64,000 bases of DNA, from NCBI GenBank assembly GCA_973895155.1, contig OZ316896.1:23580600-23644599 (forward strand), given 5' to 3'. The notes under the pieces are model-generated. The model ran no database searches. It saw only the letters and a program-made list of their open reading frames with translations, and had not been told where the DNA came from. Positions 12,708-24,609 of this stretch are shown in pieces. The DNA is from Marsupella aquatica. Its lineage: Eukaryota; Plantae; Marchantiophyta. Positions within the stretch are counted from its first letter, which is position 1, and each line of letters opens with the position of its first letter. Made by a program: the position numbers and the translations under genes.

Positions 12708-12726
12708 CCCCCTCCATCTAGCGCCA
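12708..12726 (-). promoter_or_regulatory. Primer-binding site, probably tRNA-Asn (copy A)
   Basis: TGGCGCTAGATGGAGGGGG lies 4 nt after the LTR end CA. It resembles the complement of the plant tRNA-Asn(GUU) 3' end (recalled as TGGCGCTAGAAGGAGGG) with one mismatch. Confidence 0.8.
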
Positions 12727-12730
12727 AAAA

Positions 12731-15700
12731 TGTGGTGCGTCCCATGGCTCCCTAAACCCAAGAAACCCCCCAGCTCAAGCCGATTCCCGCAGGTTTCACG
12801 CTTGGCGAGGCCGTTTCCGCGGCTTAGCGGCATGGGACGCTGCTAACCTTCTACTACTACTGTTAACATTTTACACACATATACTAGACAGATCCTTCAT
12901 CGGGTCATGAGATACGTAGCCGGCCTAATCTAGGCCTTCCCCTGTCTTCCCCTCCGTCTTGTTAGGTATGTTTGGATTCCGCCGCCGGAATGATCCCCAA
13001 TAGGCTTGGTTAAGCCGCTAAGACCTCTCTCAGCTCGACACATCCAACTCTCACTCCCCTGCTTACTTTCCTTCCTTTTGGTTGATGTGGGCACTCTTCA
13101 CACAAGTTAATGCAACACACAAATAGCAAAATGACTCATTCTGACTGAGTCATACCATGCTTTCTTGGCCGCCCTTAGATCTTCAATCTCGGCTTCCATC
13201 CTCCTAAGCCGCCGAATGACCTCGTCCTTCTTGCTTCTCTCTAAAGCCACCGCTTCTTCTAATTGGTGCTTCTCCAACTGCTCCCTATGGAAAAAGGGTC
13301 CTACCTCCAACTCCTCTCCAAAGATGCCGAGCGCAAGTTCCCCACACATCTCACCATACTCCATGGCTCTATTCTTAGCGTAGGTGGAGTAAGTAGAAGT
13401 GATTGGCATCGCCCATCGCGGCCTCTGCTCCCAAGCCGTCCTGCGGATCTCTTCAATCATGGCTAGAGGTTTGCTTCCTTTTTTGGCTAGCCGCCTGATG
13501 TCCTCCGGCCAATCTCCTCCTGGTAAATCCTTTTCCCTAGCCAGGGCTGCCTCCTCTTCCTGCCTGATTCGCTCCTGAAATTCCTGCACCGTCTGTTTTA
13601 TGCCGTCGAAGCTCGGGGGAGCAACATCTGGTGGGGGAGACTCAGGGCTACTCTGTTGGTTGGGGTCCCCTCGCACTACCCTTGGAAGTGTGGGGACAAA
13701 CCGGCCACAGGTCCTTACTCCTGGAACGTGATGGTCCGACCCATAGCCGGAATTATCATGGCTGCAGTCCTCCACTGCCTCCTCTACTTCTTGGACGTCC
13801 GGCTTCTCCCTCTCCTCTTCGTCGGTAGGAGCTTCAGGCAATTCTGCCTCAGATTCGGAGCTTGAGATTCCCACATACATTCAAACACCTGGCTTGGATT
13901 CCGGCCTGATTCTCTCCTTGTCTCCAGCAAAGGGGTTTTCTCTTGTGAGCCAGTGTAGGCCTACCTCTGTAGTAGTGTCCTGCATTGTTGTCGTTGCCAT
14001 TGTTGTTGCCGATGCCGATTTCTTTTCTTTCTCCAGTAGTTTCAGCAGACTCTGCATGCCTGGTTGCTGCATCGGCAAGTCCTCCTTCCTGGGCCTAAAC
14101 ACCTGCTTGATCGTAGGGCTAACAGGTGGTTGAGGCTTCTCAGCCAACGGCCTCGGCGTTGGAGCTTCCTCGGGTGCCCTTACCTGCAGGGGAAGTACTG
14201 GGGCAAAAGTCTGACCTCTGGCATACCGGCACAACAGCGGCATGTGATAGCCAAGCCGCGACACGCTCCCCATGCCGATTACCTGCTGCTCCTCCTTTAA
14301 GATCTTCTTCAATTGGTTGAGGAGGTACCCGTTGTAGTCCCGGCTTGGGTCTGGCCTTTCTGCCAGGTAGACCTGTGCCTTGCCGATCTCTGCCCTCGGC
14401 AAGTTACAATGCATGGTCACCCGCAAGAAGTCGATCATCTCTCCTATGTGCGGGTTGGTGCAGGTGTTCCGGAAGAAGCCATTCTTCGTTGATGGCCCGG
14501 GGAACGACCGGAACTCCTTGTCAGGCAAGGTCTTCCTGGTATCAACTTTGGTCTTATTGCCTATCGGCAAGCCAAACACTTCGGCAATTACCTTGGGAGT
14601 AAGATAGAAATCCTTCCCATATATCCTCGTGCAATTGGTCTCGGGTTCCCATGACCCCACGAATTCTAATAGGTCTGACTCCGGTACCTCCGGCTTCAGC
14701 CATGGTAATCTTACAAAGGCCTCTAAGCCGGATCTGGCCATGAAGCCTTGGTACTTCTTGGTCTGCATGGCCGTAAAGCATGCATCCTCCTCCCGTGCAA
14801 AATGTAGTTGCACCTCCACCGGTAGGGTTGCCGCCCAGCCCTTCTAGGTGTCATCCTTGGTTGGAATGGCCTTGATGGGATCGACCTCCTCCTCTTCGGC
14901 TTCTCCCTGCCTCCTGCTCTGTTGCTCGGCTGGCTTCTTTGGTGCCGCCGACCTCGTTCTTTTTGTCGGGGTGGCTTCATCGTTGACGGCTCCCTTCCTC
15001 TTCATCTCTGCTGCCGTGGAGGTTTGTCCTAGCACCGTTGCCTGGGTCCACCTTTCCGTGCTACCCTTTAATTCCCAGTGTATGTCGTTGCAGTTCTTGA
15101 TGGCCTCTCGGATGCCGACGACGCTGTCTTTGCAAAACAGAAGATTGTCGAGTTGATTGGAAGTAGGCGTCCACAGGAACTCGTCCTTGATGAGTTCGCC
15201 TCCTAAGAAAGCCGTCTTCTGCAGCTCCCACAATCGAGCGAGCTCCTGCCGTTCTCGAGCTGCCCTTTCTGATTCCTCGTCCTCGTAAGTCTTGATGTAC
15301 TCAGTTGCCCGTTCGAACATGCATCCCCAGAAATGTGCCGCTTGATTGACGTTGCTCATACCCTCCTTAGGTCGATCGTCGGTATCTACTCTCTCCCCGA
15401 GTGCTTGCCTAAGCAGCTGACAGTAGTTGGCCTCCCATAGTCGTCTGCCTAGTTCGTGCTCGCAAATGAGCCACCATCTCCTGCAAGCGCTCCTTACCCC
15501 TCTCCTCTGCCGGTCCTTCTTCCCGTTGATCCTTCCTAGCCGCCGACGCTTAACGCGCCCTAACCCTAATCGAGTTTTCACCCTCAGCGTCCTTACCTCC
15601 GGCCTCGGCCCGGGTTCCATGGTTGCCCCTAATTGTTTATATTTTCCTTGTTTTGTCCCTATACTAAGGTGTTCCTAGGGTGCCTTCCTGCTTTACCCAC

Positions 15701-15735
15701 TTAACTGGCCGAGTGATTCCTGTCTAGGCATCACA
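12731..15735 (-). repeat. 5' LTR of copy A (3.0 kb, with a ~1.66-kb internal deletion relative to copy B)
   Basis: TG...CA termini (TGTGATGCC...GCACCACA) followed by the PBS. The junction at ~13160 joins sequences equivalent to ~27183 and ~28842 of copy B. Confidence 0.92.
13107..15620 (-). pseudogene. LTR-encoded accessory ORF, copy A 5' LTR
   Basis: ORFs 14844-15620, 13881-14819 and 13107-13880 share one frame and are separated by point stops (TGG>TAG, CGA>TGA). Most of the coiled coil is lost in the deletion. Confidence 0.85.
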
Positions 15736-15736
15736 C

Positions 15737-16585
15737 ATGGCCTCTAGGAAACGTACAAAGGTTGACCACCCGCCTCTGTTGGCTGGAATCAAAGCCATTT
15801 TGATTCCTGGCCACTATGGGTTCACCCAAGTGAGTTGGCCAATCGTACAAAAACGATTCTCAGAGTTCCATGGGACTGAAGTCAAGGACATCACTCCACA
15901 GACTACACATGTTGTTGCGGGGACATGGCTGGATGTGATGAACAAGTGGTCATGGTCCTTCATTGATTCTACCATTACCAACCAAGGTCTAAAAGTAGTT
16001 GAAGTCTCTTGGTTGACCGATTCTGTTAAAAATAGGTGTGTACAGAGTACTGAGCAATATGAGTTGTGGGAGAGTGAGGAGGCCACTACAAAGGCTTTGG
16101 CTAAAAAGGAAGCCTATGAAGCAACGGCAGAGAAACCCAACTTTGCTTCTGTCCAATATGGACCTGTTGTCAACATAGGACACCATCCTATGACTGCAGA
16201 TGCTATATTGAATGAGCATGGCAAGGAGAGAAATACCATTATGAAGGGGTTCAATGTGGTATTTGCAAAAGAGGGAATTGGGGAGACTAAGTGCAGACTA
16301 TACAAGTCCATAGTTGTTGAGCTAGGTGGGACAGTGGAGGAGAGTCTAACAGAAACCTCCACTCATGTTGTAGGTCTATCATACATGAAAATATGCAGAA
16401 AATTCTTTAAGACAATAGTGCGTGATTTTGTCATGAACAACAATCTTTGGGTGCTTTCCCCTGATTGGCTTGTGGAATCAACAGCGACAGGGAAGCGACA
16501 GAATGCTTGGAACTTTGATATTTTTGAGGCCTGGCCCTCCAAGCTTCAGCGGAGATGTATGCTTAGCAATGGTGGGAGAGAGTGA
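15737..16585 (+). CDS. Intronless tandem-BRCT-domain protein (probable transposon cargo)
   Basis: 282 aa with two BRCT-like units: (HGTEVKDITPQTTHVVA...VVEVSWLTDSVK) and (LGGTVEESLTETSTHVVG...VLSPDWLVEST). Confidence 0.78.
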   Translation: MASRKRTKVDHPPLLAGIKAILIPGHYGFTQVSWPIVQKRFSEFHGTEVKDITPQTTHVVAGTWLDVMNKWSWSFIDSTITNQGLKVVEVSWLTDSVKNRCVQSTEQYELWESEEATTKALAKKEAYEATAEKPNFASVQYGPVVNIGHHPMTADAILNEHGKERNTIMKGFNVVFAKEGIGETKCRLYKSIVVELGGTVEESLTETSTHVVGLSYMKICRKFFKTIVRDFVMNNNLWVLSPDWLVESTATGKRQNAWNFDIFEAWPSKLQRRCMLSNGGRE

Positions 16586-16761
16586 GGAGTAGGAGTCCCT
16601 CATATTTTTGTATAAATCACAATTTTGTAATAAATGTGATCCTTGAACTAACTCATCTTGTCATAGTTGGTCATAGTTGAAGTGATTGTTGTTTCCTGCT
16701 GCGTGGGGTGTGACTGTGAATCTACTTGCTGGGCTCTATTTGGCTGAAGACTTTGGTGGGT

Positions 16762-17295
16762 ATGCTGCCTCTTCCAGACCGACAGGCCCTATGTAGGGTC
16801 CTCCTACGGGTTGCATCGTGCATGGCTACTGCTTGGGCTTACATGTGTGGATTGGTAACCAGACAGAGTGTAGCTCCATCCGAGATAATGCCTGCAGACC
16901 TTGGATGTGTTGTGAATGTTGTGGTGAATGAGGATGCACAGTCCGAAGAGGATATTTACTTTTCAGCAGATGAGTTAGACAAACACGATGCTGTAGGTGG
17001 TTCCTTGTTGCCTGATTTGGCAGATGATATAGTTCTTACACATGTCTGGCCGAGGGTTCTTGTGGTGTCTGGCGCACAAGATATCTGCAAATATAGACTA
17101 ATTAGTACCCAGTGGAGGGACTTGGTAGCAACATGTGCACCGTGGAGGGCACTGCTACCACTGCTTGTAGGCACGGATCGAAGACCACCATGGCATGAGC
17201 AGGGTTTAGACCTTGATGACTTAATGTACATGCCTGAGTACCTCAGGGCTGAGTGGCATCGACAACAGGATTGGTATCCGTATTTGATGTGGTAG
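16762..17295 (+). CDS. Small F-box-like protein with no substrate-binding domain (probable cargo)
   Basis: LLPDLADDIVLTHVWPRV...CKYRLISTQWRDLV resembles the F-box of plant F-box/kelch proteins (LLPGLPDD...RxVSRxWRxLV). Confidence 0.5.
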   Translation: MLPLPDRQALCRVLLRVASCMATAWAYMCGLVTRQSVAPSEIMPADLGCVVNVVVNEDAQSEEDIYFSADELDKHDAVGGSLLPDLADDIVLTHVWPRVLVVSGAQDICKYRLISTQWRDLVATCAPWRALLPLLVGTDRRPPWHEQGLDLDDLMYMPEYLRAEWHRQQDWYPYLMW

Positions 17296-17629
17296 TAAGA
17301 TGAGGACATCTCACACCGGTCTCGCACCTGGCACCTATGTCTATGACTATATATGATTGGACTCTGATATGGTCATGGATGTACGTGTAGAGGCAGTACA
17401 TGTGAGGACAGCGAAGGAGTTGACACCCTCAAACATTTAGGAATTTTGTCTCATTCACTTGAGAATAAGTACATGACTCAAGCACCTATATTTTTTGTTT
17501 TTTTGTTTTTTTGGAACGTTATGCTACGTCTTTTGGCAAGTACAATCGGGGGTGAAATCCTTAACAGGGAGTGTATTTTTCACTTGCATAATAAAATGAC
17601 ACGGCGCTGAACTGTGCGTGTCTATAGTG

Positions 17630-20600
17630 ATGGCTCCAAGGTTGCCTCTTCACAACCCATTTAGGATTAGGCATCATGATTCTAAATTATGGATGCGTGA
17701 ACAAGCCCGGGCCGCCCAAGGTAGGAGTAGGAGGATGAGATGCCCATGCACACAGTGCCAAGGATTCAAGTCGTTGAGTTTGAACACTGTGCACCTTTAC
17801 CTGCTGCGGCATGAAAGGCACCCTCGGTGGAGGGTTTGGAATGTACCAGCAGAAGAAGACTCCTCTGATGAAGAGTGGAGAGCTGACTTTGTGGATTATA
17901 ATACAGCTAGGCGTAGAGACTACGTAGAGCAGGACATAGACTGTGCAGAGGATGGTCCTAGGGTACAACATGAGAACATGGATGACCAAGATGGAGATGC
18001 AGAGGCAGTCATTGAGGACGGTGGGATGGATGTCCCAAGAATGGTTCAAGAGATTTTTGAAGACCTTGATGCTTTTTACAACACAGTGGAATCAGAAGAG
18101 GACAATGAACCGCAGCCATACATTGGACACGGCCCACTTGAACCTGACTTTGACATTGGGGAAGGTGCAACAGAGAGGGAGTGGGTGTTTGGGGGCCCAA
18201 AACACATCAAAGAAGCTTGCATTCCTATCTACGAGGGGTCAAACTGCTCCAAGCTGGGTTTTATGGTGTTGTTGTTGAACATCTGTGGCAATCACAATGT
18301 TCCCAATATATTTGTGACAGAGTTGTTGACCTTCCTGCGCCGAAATGTGTTACCAGATGGTAATTCAATTCCAAAAAATATATCTGAGGCTAGGAAATTG
18401 ATGTCTAACCTTGGGCTGAACTATGTGTCTATTGATGCATGCCCTGATGGGTGTGTTCTCTTTTGCAAAGAGCATGCAGATAAATTGACATGCCCTCATT
18501 GTGGTAAGCATAGGTACAAGAATGTAGGGAAATGTACACACCCTGCCAAGGTTCTTCGTCATTTTCCTCTCATTCCTAGACTACAACGTCTGTTTAGATG
18601 CCCTGCCATTTCCAAGCTGATGACATGGACTCCTGATAACAAGAGCAGTGATGGCCTGTAGCGTCACATTGGAGATTCCAACCATTGGAAATTTGTTGAT
18701 GAGAGGTGGCCACAGTTTGCTGCAGAGAAGCGGAACTTTCGATTTGGTCTATCACTGGATGGAGTAAACCCATTTGGAGACAAAAACAACCGTTATTCAT
18801 GTTGGCCGGTTACGCTACTAAATTACAACCTTCCCCCATGGATGACTACAAAGAGGTTTTTTGTCATGATGGTGCTGCTAATCCCTGGACCAGCTTCTGT
18901 GACTGAGCAATTCATAGATATCATGTTGGCTCCAGCAGTGGAAGAGTGGAAGACTTTGTGGATAGAAGGGGTGTTAACCCATGATGTTCTGAAGGGGCTT
19001 CTTCGACCCAGCCCCTTTAGACTGCATGCAATTTGTTTGCTAGATATAGCAGATTACCCAGGCCATGGCATCATATCTAGCCGAGTGACAAAGGGCTATG
19101 TGGGGTGCACACCATGTGGGAAAAATGTGACATGTGAGTGGTCCCATGCCCTGCACAGTATGAAATTTCAGGGGCATAGAAGGTAGATGCCTGCTGATCA
19201 TCCTTACAGGCACACACGGTCTCAAATTGCACACTTCAACAACAAAACAGAGCTTCGTGGCCCACCACAGAGGGTCACCAGAGAGCAAGTCCTGAGGTGG
19301 GCAGCCAGGAAGGCTGATTGGGACTAGAGAAGTGCCACTGATCGAGAACCTGAGGATCCAGTGGTGAAACACGGTGTGAAAAGACAGACCTTGATGGACT
19401 TGGAGTTGGAGTACTGGAGGGTAATGTACTTAGCCTCCAGCCCCTGTATGATTGCAATTTTAGATTGGAGCAATGGTGGATTGATGTTGGTTACAATCCT
19501 CCTGTTTGGTTAATTAGTGTTTTTGTTGTTGAATTCTTTGCTTTGTGGAGTGCAGGAATTCGAGCCCAGCAAACACAATGTGGACATCATGCACATTGAG
19601 AAAAATATTTGTGAGAGCTTGCTGAAGTTCTTGTCGGGTGAGAAAGATACAGGAGCAGTTCGAGCTGATATGCAACAGAAGGGGATTCACCCTCACCTTT
19701 GGTTGAAGCCCATGCAAGCAATCCCAATGTACTTCTCAAGTTCCAAGCTCCCTATGTGTGCACACAGGAAGAATGGAAGACATTCTTGTATAGATTGAGC
19801 TGTCTGAAAGTGCCCTCTGGCTATGCTGGTGCCTTCAAGAAGCATATTACAAAGAATAAACTTGGCAATATGAAAACACATGACTACCATGTGTTGATGC
19901 AGCACATTCTGCCCCTATGCCTCAGAGGTCTCATGCAGAAACCAGTCCGTAATGTCATTCTTCGACTGTGCAATGTATTTTGCCGTATATGTGTGAAAGT
20001 GTGGGATCCCCAAGGATTGGAGCAGTTGAAGCAGGATGCTGCTTATGTCCTCTGTGACTTGGAGATATACTTCCCCCTGCTTTCTTTGATGTTATGACTC
20101 ATCTCCTAATCCATGTGGTAGAAGAGCTAGGGCAGTATGGGCCAGTCAGTACCAGATGGATGTACCCTATGGAGCGATACATGAAGTTGTTGAAAGGTCA
20201 TGTGAGAACATACTACAGGCCAGAGGCTTCCATGGCATTGGGGTACATTAAGGATGAGACATTGGGGTTCCTAACAGAGTACATGGCTGGGTCTGGTGAA
20301 GCTATGACAAGAGTTTGGAAATCTGGTGAAGATGATGGAGTGAGTGGCGAGGTTGTTGAAGCTAGGTGTGGGACGTGCTGTGCAGCTGCCTGTTGCAATT
20401 CGAGACAAGGCTCATTCATATGTGCTGGCAAACACAGAGCCTATGCAACCACGGTGGAGGTGAGTGATTGAATTGACTTGCATTTGTTGTGATGCTTCTT
20501 GTCTGTTCCAAGGGTGATCTTAGGTTGTCATGTGTTGTTTAGACCTAACTATGCCTGTACCTCATATTGCAGGGAATATGATATGCAAAAAGCTGCACAC

Positions 20601-21331
20601 TCTGGGCAACAGGATCCCTTCCCACAGTTCGAGCAGTGGATTCGGGTGACAATTCGAGAGCATAGTAGACATCACCCAGATATGGAGAAGGATTTGTATC
20701 TTCTATCTGTGCCACCACGATTGTCTATTCTGACCTACAAACGGATGAGAGCTTATGGAAATCATTATCGAGTGAGGGATGAGCAGGGTGACCATTGTGT
20801 ATCATATGATTGTGGTTTGATTTTTATGTTTGAGCAGAGAACCTCTGAAGAATAGAGGGGGTGGATGAAGATGGGTTACGTGGGGGAGTTGACAGACATT
20901 TGGGTGTTGAATTATGGTAACACAAGTGTCCCAATGATATTGATGAAGGGATCATGGGTGAAATCAGAGTGGCAGAGACCAAGGGCCACCATGAAGCGTG
21001 ATCATGATGGGTTCTTGTTGGCCAATTTTAGGTCCAGAGTACCAGAATGGTCTGAGCCTTTTGTTTTCCCTCTGAGCCAAGTTGAACATGCTTTCTTTGC
21101 AGATGTGGATCACATGGCTAGAGGGTGGTATGCCATAGCCAAGCACGGAATAGGCGGATGGATGGAAGTAAAGTAGAGTTCAGTTTGGATGACCATGCTG
21201 CATTCGAGCATCCTAGTCACGAGACTATACTTCCAACTCGGGCAGGGACTGACTACATCCCCTTAACATTGAGAGAGACATATGATGAACCTGGGGAGAT
21301 GGAATATGATGAGGTTGATGATGTGCAATAG
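17630..21331 (+). pseudogene. CACTA (En/Spm) TnpD/Tnp2-type transposase, multiple stops and frameshifts
   Basis: Transposase-associated CPCxxC; IDACPDGCVLF...CPHCGKHRY; LRHFPLIPRLQRLF; LDGVNPF...SCWPV..YNLPPW; DIMHIEKNICES; MKTHDYHVLMQ; HLLIHVVEELGQYGPVSTRWMYPMERYMKLLK; DUF4216-like EPFVFP. Confidence 0.93.
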
Positions 21332-21957
21332 GCAACAACTGGCGATTGGCAAGTATGAGGTTGAGGATGACTACCTGCACAGAGTCACAGAACGGTAATT
21401 GCTACCTGGAATGATGTTTAGGATAGTTGGATATGCATGAAATTGATTGATACTTTGAATTTAGTGTGCTAATTCTCCCTGTTTGGTTGTGGGTGTTGTG
21501 CAGAAGCTATGGGGGAAGAGGGTGATGACATGGAGACAGACATGGGGCTTGGAGAGTGGGGTGAAGAGGAAAGATTGGATATGGATGGAGACCCAGTTGC
21601 AGGGGGCTCACAGAAAAATGCACCTGTGCAAGATGCATAGGGCCCTCATCAAGTGCCAGGTAGGTGGGCAGCTAGAGAGAAATCACATAATCCATACCCT
21701 AGAAGGAACCAGAGTTATTGGCAAGGGACGCCTGATGATTATGATGATGACTATGATGGAGCAGAAGATGGATGGGATGAATATGAACACCCAGAGCGTG
21801 GTAGAGACGGGTACAGAGGGCAATGGAAAGGTGAGGAGGATGATTGGACAAGTAAGTGCCTTGTGCTAGTGATTTTGTGATGCTAGTAGAGATTTAGCTC
21901 AATATGGACTTATCTGACGTGTAGCTAGGGCAAAGAGTTTATCTTACAGGTCCATGA

Positions 21958-24609
21958 GTGTGGCATGTACCTGTTGGTATGCAGACTCTGATTGGGACAA
22001 TCACAAAAACAACAAAGGCCATCCACGTTCAAATAGGAGGCAATCATTCACAAGCGGGAGAAACGACCCTAATTCATCAAGACAAAGCAATAGGACAGGT
22101 GGTCCAGAACCATCTATGCGCCAAGGGAGAGGTAACTTGGTCATTGCATAATTGCTCTAAAGTCCAGTGTATATTTGGCAGCAGGATTTATGCTTCATAC
22201 TTACCTAATGGATCCTGTAAATGTGCAGGGACTCCAGGGAGGTTTGGACAATGCAATCCAGGCCGTGGGGGGACACCAGGCCGTGGAGGGACACCTAGTA
22301 GCGCTTCAGGGAGTACCAAGGCAGGAGACAGTAACAAATTTGGTAAAGTAGAAGTGAATTCCGATGGTTGGATAACTCCCACATGTGATGGTAAGAACCG
22401 TTGGCATTCTGACCTAAGAGGAGAAGTATTGCGTTGGTTAGATTTGAGCATTACAGAGTTTAGGAGTCAGAACAAAGTTGATTGGGCTGCTATCTGCAAG
22501 GACATTCTTGAACGGTGGGACTATGTTGGTAATGATGGTAAGGGCCCAGTTGAAGATTGCATATCAGATTATGCAATGAGGATTTTGAAACAAGAGAGGC
22601 ATAGGTTGAAAAGGATGTGGATAGACAATGGTTCTAACAGGAGAATGCCACCACCCCCATCATTGGAATTGGATCAATGGACACGGTTAATCAAAGGGTT
22701 CATGTCGGAGGCTGGGCAGAGCAAGAGTGAACTGATGTCAAATGCTCGAGGCAAAGTGAAACACCTGTCATAGGCTGGGAGAGGAAGTTATGCTCCAGTG
22801 AAAGAACAATTGGTAAGGCAGTGACATGCCTGGTAGTAAGCCTCAAACTTATCATCTTGCTACCATTATTACATTTTCATTGACAATCAACACTTGGTTT
22901 CATTCATATGTATGTTGATGTGGACTGCAGAAGAAATTGACAGGTGAAGAACCATCAGCACAAGAAGTGAGAGAGGAGTTCATGAAACAAAGGAGTGAGG
23001 TGACAAGTGTGACTTCCAAATAGGTGATTATGTTGTAATTTTGTATGTTCTGTGACTATTTGGCCTTGAGCATCAGAAAGAATTGTAGTAGGAAGTAAGC
23101 AACCAGTTCTTGGGGACAGTTATCTAAGATATGTAAGCTATGTTATGACAGGGAACTGTTACAACTCTCACAGAGATGTGTGAACGGTTGAAGTCATTAG
23201 AGTGTGGACTCCCTCGAGTGGAAAGTAAATTGGCTGATCGTTTGGATATTGTGGAGGCATCTGTAGCGAACCTTCTTGCATCAGTGGAATCTAATTTCAA
23301 GCTTGTGATTGAAAAATTGGGTGGTTCCCAACCAAACAATGAGGGCAACATTGTACAAAGTGTGCCCTTGTTAACAAAAAAGGGAATTGGCAAATCTGAC
23401 ATAGGTATGGAAATGACACCGACCCATTGTTCATTGTGTCCTATGTTCAAATGTTAGAAGTAAGTTTTCATGAATTGAGTGAATGGTTTGAATGCAAGAA
23501 GAGTGGAGGCAGAGAAGGACCCTGTAATCAGTAAGCAGAATGGCAAGAAGGTTGCTGAGACAGGTAACCTGCTATGATCCAGTACATTACATTTGAAAAG
23601 TGCATGGAGTTTTGTGAAGCTTAAGCCGGTTGGAGGTAATCTTTTCTATAAGAACTGGTTGGATCAACTGGGATCTGAAGTGACATCATGATTGATGTAT
23701 CAGGTGATTCAAAGAGCAATGAAAAAGATGTGCCCAATGCCTCAGTGACCATAGCCAAGGAGGTATCAGGTAAGCTGATGCTTTAAATTCCTCTCCTACC
23801 ATTGTTGAGAAACAATTCAGTGGTTAATAGATTGAACCTGAATATTGTGGTGTGTTTATTGATCAGCAGAAGCAGACATGGAGGATATGGCAATGGCAAA
23901 GAAGGGGAAGAAGGCTGTTCATAATGGTAAGGAGATAGTGACAACTTTGTGGTTGGTGACATGTACATTTAGCACATGTGATGAGTGATTGACTTATGTT
24001 GGACATGGCACTAAATTGTAGTTGATGCAGAGTTGACAGACTCTCAACCAAGTGGGAGCAGGGTGAAGCGACGTCGAAACTTGGGAGCAACATTGGATGC
24101 AAGTAAGATTGTAGATGCTTCAATTGAAGCAAGTACAATGTTAGCATATACTGAGATGATGTCGCAGGGAAATCCTGCTACACAATCGGAAGTGTCAAAT
24201 ATGGATGCAGATTCTTTGAAGAAGAGTGTAGCCAATTCTTGATCACCAGCACAAAACACTCGTGCAAAAGTCATGACTCGCAACCAAGGTATGAATAATG
24301 TCATGTATAAGCCACCCAGGAAAGCAAAAAAAACAGCCAGGGTAAGGTGGAGGTGATAGCCACAGTAGAGCCAGTCCATAATCTTCTATCATGGGAGGAT
24401 GACTCGCAGGTATGTGTGGGTACATGCAATTTGCAACCGGATCATGCTAAATTCCATGGCAAAGTGGTCCCGAATGACCATGTAGTAGTGTTGTTGACTA
24501 CAGTGATTGTATCTGATTGTAATTTGCCATTTCCGAATAGAGATGATGATCCACTTCAGGAAATAATTGCAGATGCAGTAGGATCTCTTGTGCTCTGGCC
24601 ATCAGAGTG
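21958..24609 (+). pseudogene. CACTA second gene (TnpA/Transposase_24-like, spliced) with C-terminal Tnp1/DUF8039-like domain
   Basis: PPPPSLELDQWTRLIKGFMSEAGQSKSELMSNARGKVK then *AGRGSY. Last exon reads FHGKVVPNDHVVV...LPFP...IADAVGSLVLWP and is cut by the LTR at 24610. Confidence 0.7.

Larger units (their letters stand above)
5240..15735 (-). mobile_element. Ty3/gypsy LTR retrotransposon, non-chromovirus (Athila/Tat-related), copy A; 3' LTR truncated
   Basis: Minus-strand order: 5' LTR (15735-12731), PBS, gag-PR, RT-RNaseH-IN, PPT, 3' LTR (6961-5240). Athila-like RT motifs MDGYSGYNQI, FIDDF, KCFFAVTEGVLLGHKVSRKGIEID. No chromodomain and no extra archaeal RNase H seen. Confidence 0.93.

Noticed and set aside
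15736-24609. CACTA...TAGTG termini of the En/Spm element
   Set aside because: No convincing terminal inverted repeats were found; both ends are replaced by retrotransposon sequence, so cargo status of the BRCT and F-box ORFs is inferred.
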